From Peptococcaceae bacterium (GTDB lineage Bacteria > Bacillota > Desulfitobacteriia > Desulfitobacteriales > Syntrophobotulaceae), in assembly GCA_012517475.1 (NCBI GenBank), contig JAAYUV010000077.1, forward strand, positions 3,800-67,799: a DNA stretch of 64,000 nucleotides. Reading direction: 5' to 3'. The translations under genes and the position numbers were made by a program. The notes below the pieces were generated by a model, which was not told the origin of the DNA, made no database searches, and saw nothing but the letters and a program-made list of their open reading frames with translations. Positions 27,689 through 37,103 of the stretch are shown here, piece by piece; position 1 is the first letter of the stretch; each line of letters starts with the position of its first letter.

Positions 27689-30600
27689 AACCTCTTCAAA
27701 TTGTGATGAGCGCCTTTGGTCCTTACGCCGGCCGGGTGGAACTTCCCCTAAAGCAAATCGGCAGCGAGGGATTATTTCTGATCACCGGGGATACGGGAGC
27801 AGGGAAGACGACCATCTTCGATGCCATTGCCTTTGCTCTTTTTGACGGGGCCAGCGGCTCGGTCAGGACAGTGGATACCCTGCGCAGCGATTTTGCCGCA
27901 CCGGATGCCAAGACCTATGTCGAACTGGAATTTACCCATAGGGGACAAACCTATAAAGTGACCCGTAATCCCAAATACGAGCGCCCCAAAAAAAGCGGGA
28001 CGGGCTTAACCCAGGAAAATGCGGATGCCGCGCTTGTTTTGCCCGGTGATGAGGTCATTACGGGAAACAATAAGGTGACCGACAAGATCGTCGAGCTATT
28101 AGGGATCGATTTTAAGCAGTTTAAGCAGATTGCCATGATTGCCCAGGGGGAGTTTCTGAAGCTGCTCCTGGCTGAAAGCAGCGAGCGTGCCGGGATTTTC
28201 CGCAAGGTTTTTAACACCGATATTTATATGACCATCCAGGATGCGCTGAAGCGCAGGGAGAAATACTTAAGGGATCAGTGCGAGGAAAGCAGCCGCAGCA
28301 TTTTACAGTACATGGACGGCATTCAATACGCTGAAAATCATAAGGACTACCCCCAGCTTGCCGAACTGCTGTCCAGACGCAGCATTCACGCAACGGAGCA
28401 GGTCATCGCTTTGCTCCAAGCTTTGATCGTAGACGATCAGGCCGTTCAGGATCAGGACAAGCAACAAGCCGGAAAACTGGAGAGTTCAATCTTATCCAAG
28501 GCTTCCGAACTGAAAGAAGCCGAGTATGTCAACAAATCCTTTGCCGCTCTGGAAGAGGCCCAGAAGTCACTGGACGAGCTGCTGCTGAAGGCCGAGGAAA
28601 TCAAACAAAACGAAAGAGCCGCCCTGGCTGCCGAAAAAGCGCTGCATGGGGTCAAGCCGCTTGAAGATATTTATCTGCGGGAAAAAAGAGGTCGCGATGA
28701 ACTCATAAGAAGCAGGCAAAACTTAAAAGAAACCATTGCCAGGCAGACGCCCAGGGTGGAAGAACTTCAGACCGCCTGGCTTATGGAGCAGCAAAAAGAA
28801 CCCATCCGGGAGAAACTGGCCGGTGAGATAGTCAAACTGAACGAGGCTTTGCCCCAATACGGCAGGGTGGAGGCTCTCCGGCAGGAAAAGAACAAAGGGG
28901 AAAAAGCCCTGCAAACCCTGGAAGATTCCCTGGCTTCCCTGAAAAGGCACAAGGAAGAGCTTACCGGCAAAAAAGACAGGCTGAAGCAGGAAGGCGAAAG
29001 CCTAAGCGATGCGGAAACGCATCTCCTGAAAAGCCAAACTTTGCTGCAGCAACTGGCAGACCGGGAAATCGATCTGAAGAGCCTTACTGCCGGGATCTCA
29101 TCCATGCAGAAGCTGCAGGCGGAATATGCCGGGCTGCAAAAGGCCTTTCTTGCAGCGGAGAAAACCTATAACACCGCCAATGATGAGTACATGCGCAAAG
29201 AAAGCGCCTTCTTCCGGGAGCAGGCTGGCATTTTGGCTCAAAGCCTGGAAGACGGGCTTCCTTGTCCGGTCTGCGGTTCCACTGTGCACCCGCAGAAGGC
29301 TAAACCCACGGTTGACGCTCCCAGCGAAGCGGAGATTCAAAGGCTGAAAGCGGAGAGAGAACGGACCCAGCAGCTCTTGCAGCAGGCCAGCGAAAAGGCC
29401 GCCGGCAAGAAAACACAAATGGAGACCTCCGAAGCCCATTGGCTTGAAACCGCTCAAAAGGTGTTCTGGCCGGATATTCCGGAGACCCTATCCGGACTAG
29501 AATCCCTTGTGCAAAGCGAATTGGAGAAAACCTTAAGCAACAAGCAGGAACAAACGGCAGCCAAAGTTAACCTGGAAGCCCGGTATGCCCGGAGAAAAGA
29601 ATGTTTGGAGCTTTTGGAGCAGACCGAAAAGGACCTGAAGCAGGCCAACGAGGGTCTTACCCGGCAAACGGAACAAAAAGGAGCACTCGAGGTGTCACTC
29701 AGTGCTGTGAACAGTCAGATGGAAACATTGCAAGCGGGTTTGGAATACCCGTCCATCGACAAGGCCAAGGAAGCTATCCAAGACCTGACGCAAAAGCTGG
29801 AAGAACTAAAGATTGCTCTACAGAATGCGGAAAAGTCTTATCAGGAAAACAAGCGGGCGCTGGACGGCAATATCACGCTTTTCAATGATCAGGAGCAGAG
29901 AATGGAAGCTGCCGAGTCATGCATGGAACAGGCTCTGGCCGAGTATACTGCAAAATACATGGAAGCGGGCTTTAGCAACGAGGATGCCTATCACGCCGCC
30001 TTGCTATCCGAGCCGGAGCTGGCGGAACTCAAAGACCGGATCATTGCTTATCATGATGCCTGCAAAACGGCCAATGCCGATATTATGAGACTTACGGAAG
30101 AAACTAAAGATAAACAGCCGAAGGATACCGTCAAAATCCTGGAGGAACAGAATGCCTTGCAGAAGGAGAAAGAAAAGCTGGACCAACAAATCCAGCAGGT
30201 TGCAGCAAGACTTCAGAACAACGAAAGAATTGTTAAAGAGGTAACCAAGGCAGACAAAGAGCGCCGGCAGCTGGAGAAAGACTACCTGGTGGTATTAAGC
30301 TTATCCAAAACCGCCAACGGGGAACTTGCCGGCAAGCAAAAGCTGGCCTTTGAACAATTCGTCCAGGCCTCTTACTTTAACCAGATTATTGCTGAAGCCA
30401 ATAAAAGGCTCTCGGCCATAACCAATAGCCGTTATGAACTGCTGCGCAAGGAGAATGCCGCGGACAACCGGTCCCAATCAGGACTCGATCTGGATGTCCT
30501 AGACAATTACACCGGAAAAGTCCGCTCCGTTAAATCCCTGTCGGGTGGGGAGTCATTTAAGGCCTCCCTGGCTCTGGCCCTGGGTCTATCCGATGTCATC

Positions 30601-30828
30601 CAAAGCTACGCCGGTGGAGTGGAAATCGACACCATGTTTATCGACGAGGGCTTTGGTGCTTTGGATTCTGAATCCCTGGAACAAGCCATCATCACGCTTC
30701 ATAGTTTAACGGCGGGGAACAGGCTTGTCGGCATCATTTCTCATGTCGGCGAATTAAAAGACCGGATCGATAAAAAGATCGTCGTCAAGAAAGACATCTC
30801 CGGAAGTACCATTCAATTAGTCAAGTAA
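27685..30828 (+). CDS. sbcC: exonuclease SbcCD, ATPase subunit C (Rad50-like)
   Basis: P-loop: GDTGAGKTT. Long coiled coil with a CPVCGS zinc hook. LSGGESF signature and FIDEGFG Walker B. It overlaps the sbcD stop by 4 nt. Confidence 0.9.
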   Translation: MKPLQIVMSAFGPYAGRVELPLKQIGSEGLFLITGDTGAGKTTIFDAIAFALFDGASGSVRTVDTLRSDFAAPDAKTYVELEFTHRGQTYKVTRNPKYERPKKSGTGLTQENADAALVLPGDEVITGNNKVTDKIVELLGIDFKQFKQIAMIAQGEFLKLLLAESSERAGIFRKVFNTDIYMTIQDALKRREKYLRDQCEESSRSILQYMDGIQYAENHKDYPQLAELLSRRSIHATEQVIALLQALIVDDQAVQDQDKQQAGKLESSILSKASELKEAEYVNKSFAALEEAQKSLDELLLKAEEIKQNERAALAAEKALHGVKPLEDIYLREKRGRDELIRSRQNLKETIARQTPRVEELQTAWLMEQQKEPIREKLAGEIVKLNEALPQYGRVEALRQEKNKGEKALQTLEDSLASLKRHKEELTGKKDRLKQEGESLSDAETHLLKSQTLLQQLADREIDLKSLTAGISSMQKLQAEYAGLQKAFLAAEKTYNTANDEYMRKESAFFREQAGILAQSLEDGLPCPVCGSTVHPQKAKPTVDAPSEAEIQRLKAERERTQQLLQQASEKAAGKKTQMETSEAHWLETAQKVFWPDIPETLSGLESLVQSELEKTLSNKQEQTAAKVNLEARYARRKECLELLEQTEKDLKQANEGLTRQTEQKGALEVSLSAVNSQMETLQAGLEYPSIDKAKEAIQDLTQKLEELKIALQNAEKSYQENKRALDGNITLFNDQEQRMEAAESCMEQALAEYTAKYMEAGFSNEDAYHAALLSEPELAELKDRIIAYHDACKTANADIMRLTEETKDKQPKDTVKILEEQNALQKEKEKLDQQIQQVAARLQNNERIVKEVTKADKERRQLEKDYLVVLSLSKTANGELAGKQKLAFEQFVQASYFNQIIAEANKRLSAITNSRYELLRKENAADNRSQSGLDLDVLDNYTGKVRSVKSLSGGESFKASLALALGLSDVIQSYAGGVEIDTMFIDEGFGALDSESLEQAIITLHSLTAGNRLVGIISHVGELKDRIDKKIVVKKDISGSTIQLVK

Positions 30829-30990
30829 TTACTTAATGAAAAAGGTTGCTATTATACTTACTCCATTAGCAATAATGTAATGTAAACATATGTATAAAGA
30901 AATTTTTATAGAAGTATAGGTTACCCAAGAAAAAGATATGATATACTAATTAGTAAGGAATAAACGGAATATAAGGAACGGGGTGAAACT

Positions 30991-31266
30991 ATGGACCTTG
31001 CCAGAATAACATCAAAAGGACAAATTACCGTACCAATTGGAATACGTAAAAAGCTTAATCTCAAAGAAGGGGATAAAGTAATCTTCATAGAAGAAGGGGA
31101 TAAAATCGTATTTGCAAATTCGTCTATGATTGCCTTGAAAGAAATACAGGAAGGCATGCAAGGTGTCGCTGAAACGCAAGGGATTTATACTGAGGGAGAT
31201 GTAGATAGCTTAGTAAGAGATGTGAGAAAAGAACTCTGGGAGAAGAAATATGAGAATAATGATTGA
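30991..31266 (+). CDS. AbrB/MazE/SpoVT-family antitoxin-like DNA-binding protein
   Basis: ITSKGQITVPIGIRKKLNLKEGDKVIF is a swapped-hairpin barrel motif. Confidence 0.7.
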   Translation: MDLARITSKGQITVPIGIRKKLNLKEGDKVIFIEEGDKIVFANSSMIALKEIQEGMQGVAETQGIYTEGDVDSLVRDVRKELWEKKYENND

Positions 31267-31349
31267 GATTAGTTTATATCACCTCGAGAATATTTAGAAA
31301 GATACTTATAGCAGTTCTATAATGCCGGAGGCTCGATCAAACTTATATT

Positions 31350-31581
31350 AATCTAATGTACAAGTTGAATGCTTGAATTAGTCTATTTCACTAAGGATCA
31401 ATTAATAAAAATACTAGAAATGGGTCGCATTAATGTGCAAAATATTATTATCGATCAATCCTGAACACGTGGAAAACATATTCAATGGCAATAAGCAGTA
31501 TGAGTTTCCGAAAATTAAATGTAAATCCGACGTGGACAAAATTGTTATTTATTCCACCTTACCTGTGATGAAGTAGAAGTA
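31350..31581 (+). pseudogene. truncated second copy of the GNAT-like 3' end / ASCH 5' end cassette
   Basis: It reads ...FTKDQLIKILEMGRINVQNIIIDQS* and MCKILLSINPEHVENIFNGNKQYEFPKIKCKSDVDKIVIYSTLPVMK*. By eye it is about 80% identical at the DNA level to 18650-18850. It is cut off at the stop of the convergent helicase gene. Confidence 0.65.
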
Positions 31582-34431
31582 TTAATCTTCCTTCCACCTA
31601 ATCGATTCCATATATCCGCAGCCTTTTTTATTTTTGTCGTAATTCGTACAGCCATAGAAGTAATCATCATTTTTCATGCTTCGCCTGACAATCATATAAC
31701 CATCAATACACTTCGGACATTTGAATATATCTTTTAAGACAGTCCTGTTATTGGTCATAAAATCGCAGATTTCCGGTTCATTGGTACAAATATAGAGGTT
31801 AATGCCGTAATTCTTATTATTCTCGTATTTCAAAGGAGCGCCGCAGATCGGGCATTTAAGCCGGTATCTTTCGGCTATTTGCATATTTAGTTCTTTGTCA
31901 TGCGGGATGCTATAATCTTTGATCAGTTCGATGACGAACCTGGAAGGACAGCTGCGCGGGGCAACGATATACACCCGGTTCTTGGTACGGGTAAGGGCAA
32001 CATAAAAAAGCCTGCGTTCTTCGGCGTAATCAATGGTGTTATCTTCATAAGTCACAAGTTTCATGATCGGATCGTCTTCCAGCTGGGAAGGGAAGCCAAA
32101 CCTGGCTTCCTGCATATTCACGATAATGACATTGTCATAGCCCAAGCCTTTGGAACTATGGGCAGTGAGAAAAGTGATATCCGTCATCGGATATTTTTTG
32201 CATTTCAGCTTCTCTCTGGATACGATTTCGAAAAGCCCGGAATAGGCAATCCGCTCCATATCAAAATTATATCTGCCGATCATCAGGATGGATGACTTGG
32301 GACCAAACTCGTCGACAATGTCTCCAACCGTATCCTCTAAAGCTTTATACCAGTTCCTGCGGATAGAATTCGGCGTATCGTCATAGGATTTGACAATAAC
32401 CGGGTTCTCCAGATTTTTAGGGGAGATCAGCCTTTTTTTGATTTGGGAAGGATTCTTTTGGATAAAACTCCCGGCAATATCAATGAGCTGCTGGGAATTA
32501 CGATAAGTATGGGTAATCTGCATTTCCTTGCCGTCTCCCATAAGCTCCAAAAACTTCTGGAACAGGGTGATATCCGAACCGGCAAAGGCATAAATCGACT
32601 GCCAATCATCGCCTACGGCAACAACCCTGGCCCCGGTAACATCGACCAGGGATTTGGTCAGGTTGAACCGCTGGCGTGCAATATCCTGGAATTCGTCAAT
32701 GATGATGTATTTGTAGGAAGGCTTATAATTGGCTTCTCGCATCTCGCGCAGAATTTTTTCGGCGTCATTAATCATATCGGCATAGTCAATTTGGTTCTTT
32801 TTCCTGAGTTGTTCCTGATAATAAGTGTATACTTCCTCCGCAATATCCAGGAACAGCCTGTTCCTGACATTGTCGGTCTTTTTTCTTAATACCTGAAAGC
32901 CTGCCTCGTCATAGCCACAGGTCTTATACTTTTCAATAAACTCTATAAGGAACATAATCAATTTATAGACATATTTATCTTTACCGGTATCGGCCAGCTT
33001 GCGGTAGATTTCTTCATTATCCCTGGGCTTTAAGATAAAGCCTTCGCTTTTTAAAGCTTCTTCCAAATGCTCCAGCAGGGGGCGTTTATCATTATAACTG
33101 CTCCAGGTTTGAATCAGGCCGGTGCCGTGATGCTTATGTATTCTCCGCTTATCTGTTATATGCCGGACGTACGTATCGAGCTGGTTCTTGGAATAAAGTT
33201 GGCTCTGGTAGTTCTCGGAGATCCCAAAATGCTCAATATAGCATTCATTTTCCCCTTGGGAAATGTAAAAATCGGGGGTATAGATTTTGGAAGCCCCCGG
33301 GACCGGGTATTTGTACGGTTTCTCATATTCGTAATCAATGCTGTTTAAATACAGGAAATTGGCGATTTGCACTTCCTGAACGGAACGCAGGAATTCTCCG
33401 GTGATGGTTCTGGTTCTTTTGGTGAGTTTGGAGATTACTTCACGGATGTATTCGCCGATCCGGCTTTTGATGGTCTCATAATCCTGGTTTGCTTTATAAT
33501 CGCAGTAGTGATTGAGCGATTCAAATTGAAAGATATCATCGGGCATATCAAAATAGTAGCCGAGAAATTGAACGAGATTATTTAAAGGGCGTTTGTTCTC
33601 GTACACTTTATATTGGATAAATTCAAAAACTATATTGTAGGAACTAAAATTAACAGAGGGCGGTGTTTCATTTCCCTGACGGAGTATCTCGTAGCCAAAA
33701 GAGTGGAAGGTACAGATCTTAACGGGTATTTTGAGTTTTTTGTTGATGCGGTCTTTTAATTCTTCAATAGCTTTATTGGTATAGGAAATCACGATAATAT
33801 CTTCCGGCTTGACTTTTTGGCAGTCTACCAGAAACTTGACCTTGGCGGCCATGGTTGTCGTCTTGCCGGCTCCCGCACCGGCGATCAGCAGGCAATAATC
33901 TTCGTCGGCGAGTACTGCTCTTCTTTGCTCGTCGTCAAGTCTGACATTCGGGTCTACGGGCTTCAGGATATTATCAAAATAAGTTTTGTATTCAGTAAGT
34001 TTTTTATCCAAATAATTCTCATTTACCTTGTCAACTTTTTCGAACAGGTTGTCCATGAGATTCGTAAATCGATTGATCTGGTCCAGATTAATACCCAGAG
34101 AATGGGACATGTTGGTCATATACTGTTTTACGATAGGGTCCTTAAGCATTTTAACGTAGTAAGAATAATTATTGTAAAAAGTTTTGGCAGCAGAAGATGA
34201 AATATAGCGATCTGCACTGAAAAGTTGAGCGTAATCCTGATCAAAGGAAATGAGCATGTTGCGGAAAGTTTTATAATCGGTTTCCAGTGATTTCTTTACG
34301 TCAACTGTAACGACTGATTTTTGTGATCCGTTTTGGGGCGCAAAGTACCTCTGAGGCAACCCGCAATGCGGACATGCTTCAGCCTTGTCGGATATTTGCT
34401 TTTTGCATTCCGGGCAATAGATTAAGGCCAT
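31582..34431 (-). CDS. UvrD/helicase IV-like SF1 helicase with N-terminal Zn ribbon, internal Vsr/PD-(D/E)xK-like nuclease module and C-terminal topoisomerase-type Zn fingers
   Basis: Zn ribbon: YCPECKKQ..CPHCG. P-loop: AGAGAGKTTT. Nuclease-like insert: IANFLYLNSIDYEYE..YTPDFYI..YIEHFG. Also IIIDEFQD. C-terminus: CPICG, CPKC and YGCTNY..KGCGY. Confidence 0.8.
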   Translation of the reverse strand: MALIYCPECKKQISDKAEACPHCGLPQRYFAPQNGSQKSVVTVDVKKSLETDYKTFRNMLISFDQDYAQLFSADRYISSSAAKTFYNNYSYYVKMLKDPIVKQYMTNMSHSLGINLDQINRFTNLMDNLFEKVDKVNENYLDKKLTEYKTYFDNILKPVDPNVRLDDEQRRAVLADEDYCLLIAGAGAGKTTTMAAKVKFLVDCQKVKPEDIIVISYTNKAIEELKDRINKKLKIPVKICTFHSFGYEILRQGNETPPSVNFSSYNIVFEFIQYKVYENKRPLNNLVQFLGYYFDMPDDIFQFESLNHYCDYKANQDYETIKSRIGEYIREVISKLTKRTRTITGEFLRSVQEVQIANFLYLNSIDYEYEKPYKYPVPGASKIYTPDFYISQGENECYIEHFGISENYQSQLYSKNQLDTYVRHITDKRRIHKHHGTGLIQTWSSYNDKRPLLEHLEEALKSEGFILKPRDNEEIYRKLADTGKDKYVYKLIMFLIEFIEKYKTCGYDEAGFQVLRKKTDNVRNRLFLDIAEEVYTYYQEQLRKKNQIDYADMINDAEKILREMREANYKPSYKYIIIDEFQDIARQRFNLTKSLVDVTGARVVAVGDDWQSIYAFAGSDITLFQKFLELMGDGKEMQITHTYRNSQQLIDIAGSFIQKNPSQIKKRLISPKNLENPVIVKSYDDTPNSIRRNWYKALEDTVGDIVDEFGPKSSILMIGRYNFDMERIAYSGLFEIVSREKLKCKKYPMTDITFLTAHSSKGLGYDNVIIVNMQEARFGFPSQLEDDPIMKLVTYEDNTIDYAEERRLFYVALTRTKNRVYIVAPRSCPSRFVIELIKDYSIPHDKELNMQIAERYRLKCPICGAPLKYENNKNYGINLYICTNEPEICDFMTNNRTVLKDIFKCPKCIDGYMIVRRSMKNDDYFYGCTNYDKNKKGCGYMESIRWKED

Positions 34432-34504
34432 AAGGTAACTCCTTAAATATATCTACCGGTATTTTAGCAAATATTGCCGGAATTAAACAGGTACCCTCAA
34501 ATTC

Positions 34505-34553
34505 TTGTAATTTATCCTTTTATGGTATAAAATACCAATAGAACATATGTTCC
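34505..34553 (+). promoter_or_regulatory. sigmaA-type promoter with a perfect Cheo-type LexA (SOS) box
   Basis: TTGTAA (-35) and GGTATAAAAT (-10 region), then AGAACATATGTTCC at 34540-34553 (GAAC-ATAT-GTTC). It shares the block GGTATAAAAT-N4-ATAGAACATATGTT with 17571-17598. Confidence 0.55.
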
Positions 34554-34634
34554 GAGGAGCAAGAAAGTCCGTTAAAAGCAGCAGATAATATCTTAACGCA
34601 TACGAACTAGACGAATGGAAAAAAGGTGAAAATT

Positions 34635-34789
34635 GTGGCAGTTAAAAGGAAAATCGAATGGACCGAAAACACTTGGAATCCGGTCACGGGTTGTACGAAA
34701 ATATCCGATGGCTGTAAGAATTGCTATGCCTATTGACGGTATTACTTGGACAAACTTGGGATGAGATGCCGGAGGTTCTGTTCAAGTAA
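34635..34789 (+). pseudogene. gutted DUF5131 (phage Gp37/Gp68-family) gene: about 33 N-terminal and 15 C-terminal codons only
   Basis: [33 protein letters not shown] is the conserved DUF5131 N-terminus. It is followed by ...LLGQTWDEMPEVLFK* at 34737-34789. Confidence 0.55.
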
Positions 34790-34807
34790 TTTTTGGAGGA
34801 ATAATCA

Positions 34808-35320
34808 ATGGATAAATCGAGTCTATTAGTCCCGATCATAAGAATGATTTCAGAATATCAAAGCCCCGGCAAAAAAGCGCTGCAAAAGCTTGTTGATTTG
34901 ATAGAGCAAAAGGGTCTGGATCTTAGATTTAATTACTCGATTCATTATTACGGTCCTTACAGCTCTGAGCTGGATTATGCTGTTCATAGCTTGGAAATGC
35001 AGGGATTGATAGATATAAGAGCGGAAGGTATGAGCCATAAAATTTATCTGACAGGGTTGGAAGAAGAGAGTATTACCTTATTACCCGAAGATGAAAAAAT
35101 CATCCATGAAGTCTTAAAGATATTTGCTTCCATGCCTGCCCACGAGCTTGAACTGATTACGACCACCGATTTTGTGGCCAGGGAGCTTTGCCGGTGCGGG
35201 AAACCATGTACGGATCAGGAGCTTGTTGAAGGGGTTAAAGTAATAAAAGGAGAGAAGTTTTCTTCTGAGAAAATATTCGAGGCAATATCTCTTTTAAGGG
35301 GAAATGGCTACAGGTGGTGA
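34808..35320 (+). CDS. YwgA-like / DUF4065 (Panacea)-like small protein
   Basis: 170 aa. GKKALQKLVDLIEQKGLDL..YSIHYYGPYSSELDYAVHSLEMQGLI resembles YwgA-type proteins. The family name is tentative. Confidence 0.45.
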   Translation: MDKSSLLVPIIRMISEYQSPGKKALQKLVDLIEQKGLDLRFNYSIHYYGPYSSELDYAVHSLEMQGLIDIRAEGMSHKIYLTGLEEESITLLPEDEKIIHEVLKIFASMPAHELELITTTDFVARELCRCGKPCTDQELVEGVKVIKGEKFSSEKIFEAISLLRGNGYRW

Positions 35321-35641
35321 AATGTATGCCATTGCTTTAGCCGGACCCAGGGCTATGTAAGGGTAGATCCGCTGGAATTTGCGCCGCATTTGTTTGTGTA
35401 TCTTTGATTTTGGAATAGTCTCCATTCGCCTTAACCTCTCCGATGTCTTCGCTATAAATTGATTGGTCTGTATTAAATAAAGCTTGAAAGCCTTCGGATC
35501 CGATACGGCCATTTCGTTGATCGCGATAAACAGATCGTCGAATCCTTGTTCGACAATATTAGTTAAAAAATCTTGCAGGAAATGGATCAAATTTTAAGAA
35601 ATAACTAATTATAGAAAATAATTTTGAAAGAGAGGATAAAT

Positions 35642-35812
35642 TATGAATTACGGTAACATTGCTAAGTTAGTCCATGAAGCAATTAAAGACCCACAAACGC
35701 TATTATCAGAGGAAACAAACCTTTTACCGAAAAAAGTAAGCTATAACGAGTATTCCATTATCAAAAATACCTTATTAAAAAATCAAGCATCGGGAGATGT
35801 TATGGCTATTTG
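35642..35812 (+). CDS. hypothetical 56-aa protein
   Basis: ATG preceded by AGAGAGGA. MNYGNIAKLVHEAIKDPQTLL... It is below the ORF-track size cut-off, and I recognise no family. Confidence 0.25.
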
Positions 35813-35887
35813 AGTCATCCCAGAAGGTTTATGGGCCTAAAAAGTGATTAGGGATTCAATTGATATAGCAATTTTAGGAGGGATTGG

Positions 35888-36118
35888 TTGAACTGGTTTT
35901 TGGGATTAGCAATTATTATAGCGCCTGCATCAAGCCGAGATTTGTTTTTAGCTAGGAATTTAGAGTATATTACTTTATCTGCAGCACCCATATTATTGCT
36001 TTACTTCTTTACAATATTTCCGGTTAAGAACAAAAATCAAATAAGTAGATATTGTTTATCGGAGGTTGGGCAGGAAGTATTTAAGGAGGACGGAACCTGT
36101 TCGTCGCTTGTGGGTTAA
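35888..36118 (+). CDS. hypothetical small membrane protein
   Basis: 76-aa ORF with two hydrophobic segments and a TTG start after GGAGGGA. Confidence 0.25.
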   Translation: MNWFLGLAIIIAPASSRDLFLARNLEYITLSAAPILLLYFFTIFPVKNKNQISRYCLSEVGQEVFKEDGTCSSLVG

Positions 36119-36155
36119 ATCGAAGTAGCTTGAACGAAAGTGAAAGCCAGCGTCT

Positions 36156-37103
36156 TTAGGCGCTGGACGGTATTAATATATTGTTCTGATTATTGATAGC
36201 CTCCACCCAATTTGACCGTTTTAACGGACATATTTGTCCTGGTAGCGGGCGGCCACTGTTAACCATGCCCTCGGCCAGCTGGCTCGCTGCCAGCCTGTTT
36301 TTTTCCTTGACCTCCGGATCTGTTCTGGCCAATGCCGTGAGCGTTGTCAGCAGCGCATTGAATTCGTTGGTCATATTCTTGCGGTGAAGGCTGCATTGTG
36401 CTTCGTACTTCATGATGGTCGCATTGGTTTCCGCAGCTTTGAGGTTATTTTCCTGCTCGCCGGTTTTCGCGGCGGACGGGATTTCTTCTTTGGCCTCCTC
36501 CGGCTCTCTTTGCTTTGACGTTACTTTATCCTGCTCGGCCTGGAATTTCTGCTTGTAGTCTTCCGCTTGTTGTTCCAGGCCTTGGACCTGGGTGGTTAAG
36601 CCGGCGATGGCGCTGTTTTTATGGTCCAGCTCTTTTTTGAGTCCTTCATTCTCCCGAAGAGCCTGATCCTTTTCCCCAAGGGCCCGGTCTCTGTCCGCAA
36701 TGGCCTGACGCAGCTCCCGGGTACTCATGCTCCCGACATCGTTATCCGTGATAAATTCCTCCCGTTCCTCTGCCGGAAGCCCCAGGAGGATGAGTGCCTG
36801 GGAGTAGGTCAAATTTTGCAACGTTGCAAAATTTGAGCTGCCATCCCCGTCGGTTGAGGCCTGTAGTTTAGGCCCGTACTCTTCGAAAATCTGCATCAGC
36901 CTGGCGGCTGTACTCTGAGAGAAACTGACCGATTCCTCCAGCCATTTGCCCCATTCCCCATGAGGGAGCAGAGCCTTGGCTTCCTTCAGGCGCCGGCCGA
37001 TTTCGATGGCGTTGGTAAGCAGGATTTTTCCGGTCTGGTAATTAATCATATTAATTTCAGCCGCAATAACGAGCGGCGTGCGTTCGGTGATTGGATCATT
37101 CAT
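36156..37103 (-). CDS. DUF3102-domain protein (phage/plasmid-associated) with a coiled-coil C-terminal half
   Basis: IEIGRRLKEAKALLPHGEWGKWLEESVSFSQSTAARLMQIF is the hallmark DUF3102 N-terminal block. Confidence 0.65.
   Translation of the reverse strand: MNDPITERTPLVIAAEINMINYQTGKILLTNAIEIGRRLKEAKALLPHGEWGKWLEESVSFSQSTAARLMQIFEEYGPKLQASTDGDGSSNFATLQNLTYSQALILLGLPAEEREEFITDNDVGSMSTRELRQAIADRDRALGEKDQALRENEGLKKELDHKNSAIAGLTTQVQGLEQQAEDYKQKFQAEQDKVTSKQREPEEAKEEIPSAAKTGEQENNLKAAETNATIMKYEAQCSLHRKNMTNEFNALLTTLTALARTDPEVKEKNRLAASQLAEGMVNSGRPLPGQICPLKRSNWVEAINNQNNILIPSSA

Noticed and set aside
27723-30189. Numerous 60-120-aa ORFs on both strands within sbcC (for example 28767..29105 and 29098..29457). 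Similar ORFs occur inside other long genes such as the helicases, cas3 and the LCP gene.
   Set aside because: They are nested in or antisense to genes with strong family motifs. This is typical of alternative-frame open stretches, and no RBS or motifs are present.
26498-30828. sbcCD as a functional fourth and fifth gene of the pPIWI-RE operon.
   Set aside because: They are separated from it by a dead cyclase gene stump and have their own RBS. Their composition is visibly more GC-rich, and their motifs are canonical housekeeping SbcCD. Adjacency is probably incidental, though co-transcription was not excluded.
35294-35590. The 98-aa minus-strand ORF (MIHFLQDFLTNIVEQGFDDLF...), considered as a transposase or HsdR C-terminal fragment.
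   Set aside because: It has no RBS, a TTG start and no motif I can assign. It overlaps the end of the YwgA-like gene. It may be a gene fragment, but I cannot support a call.
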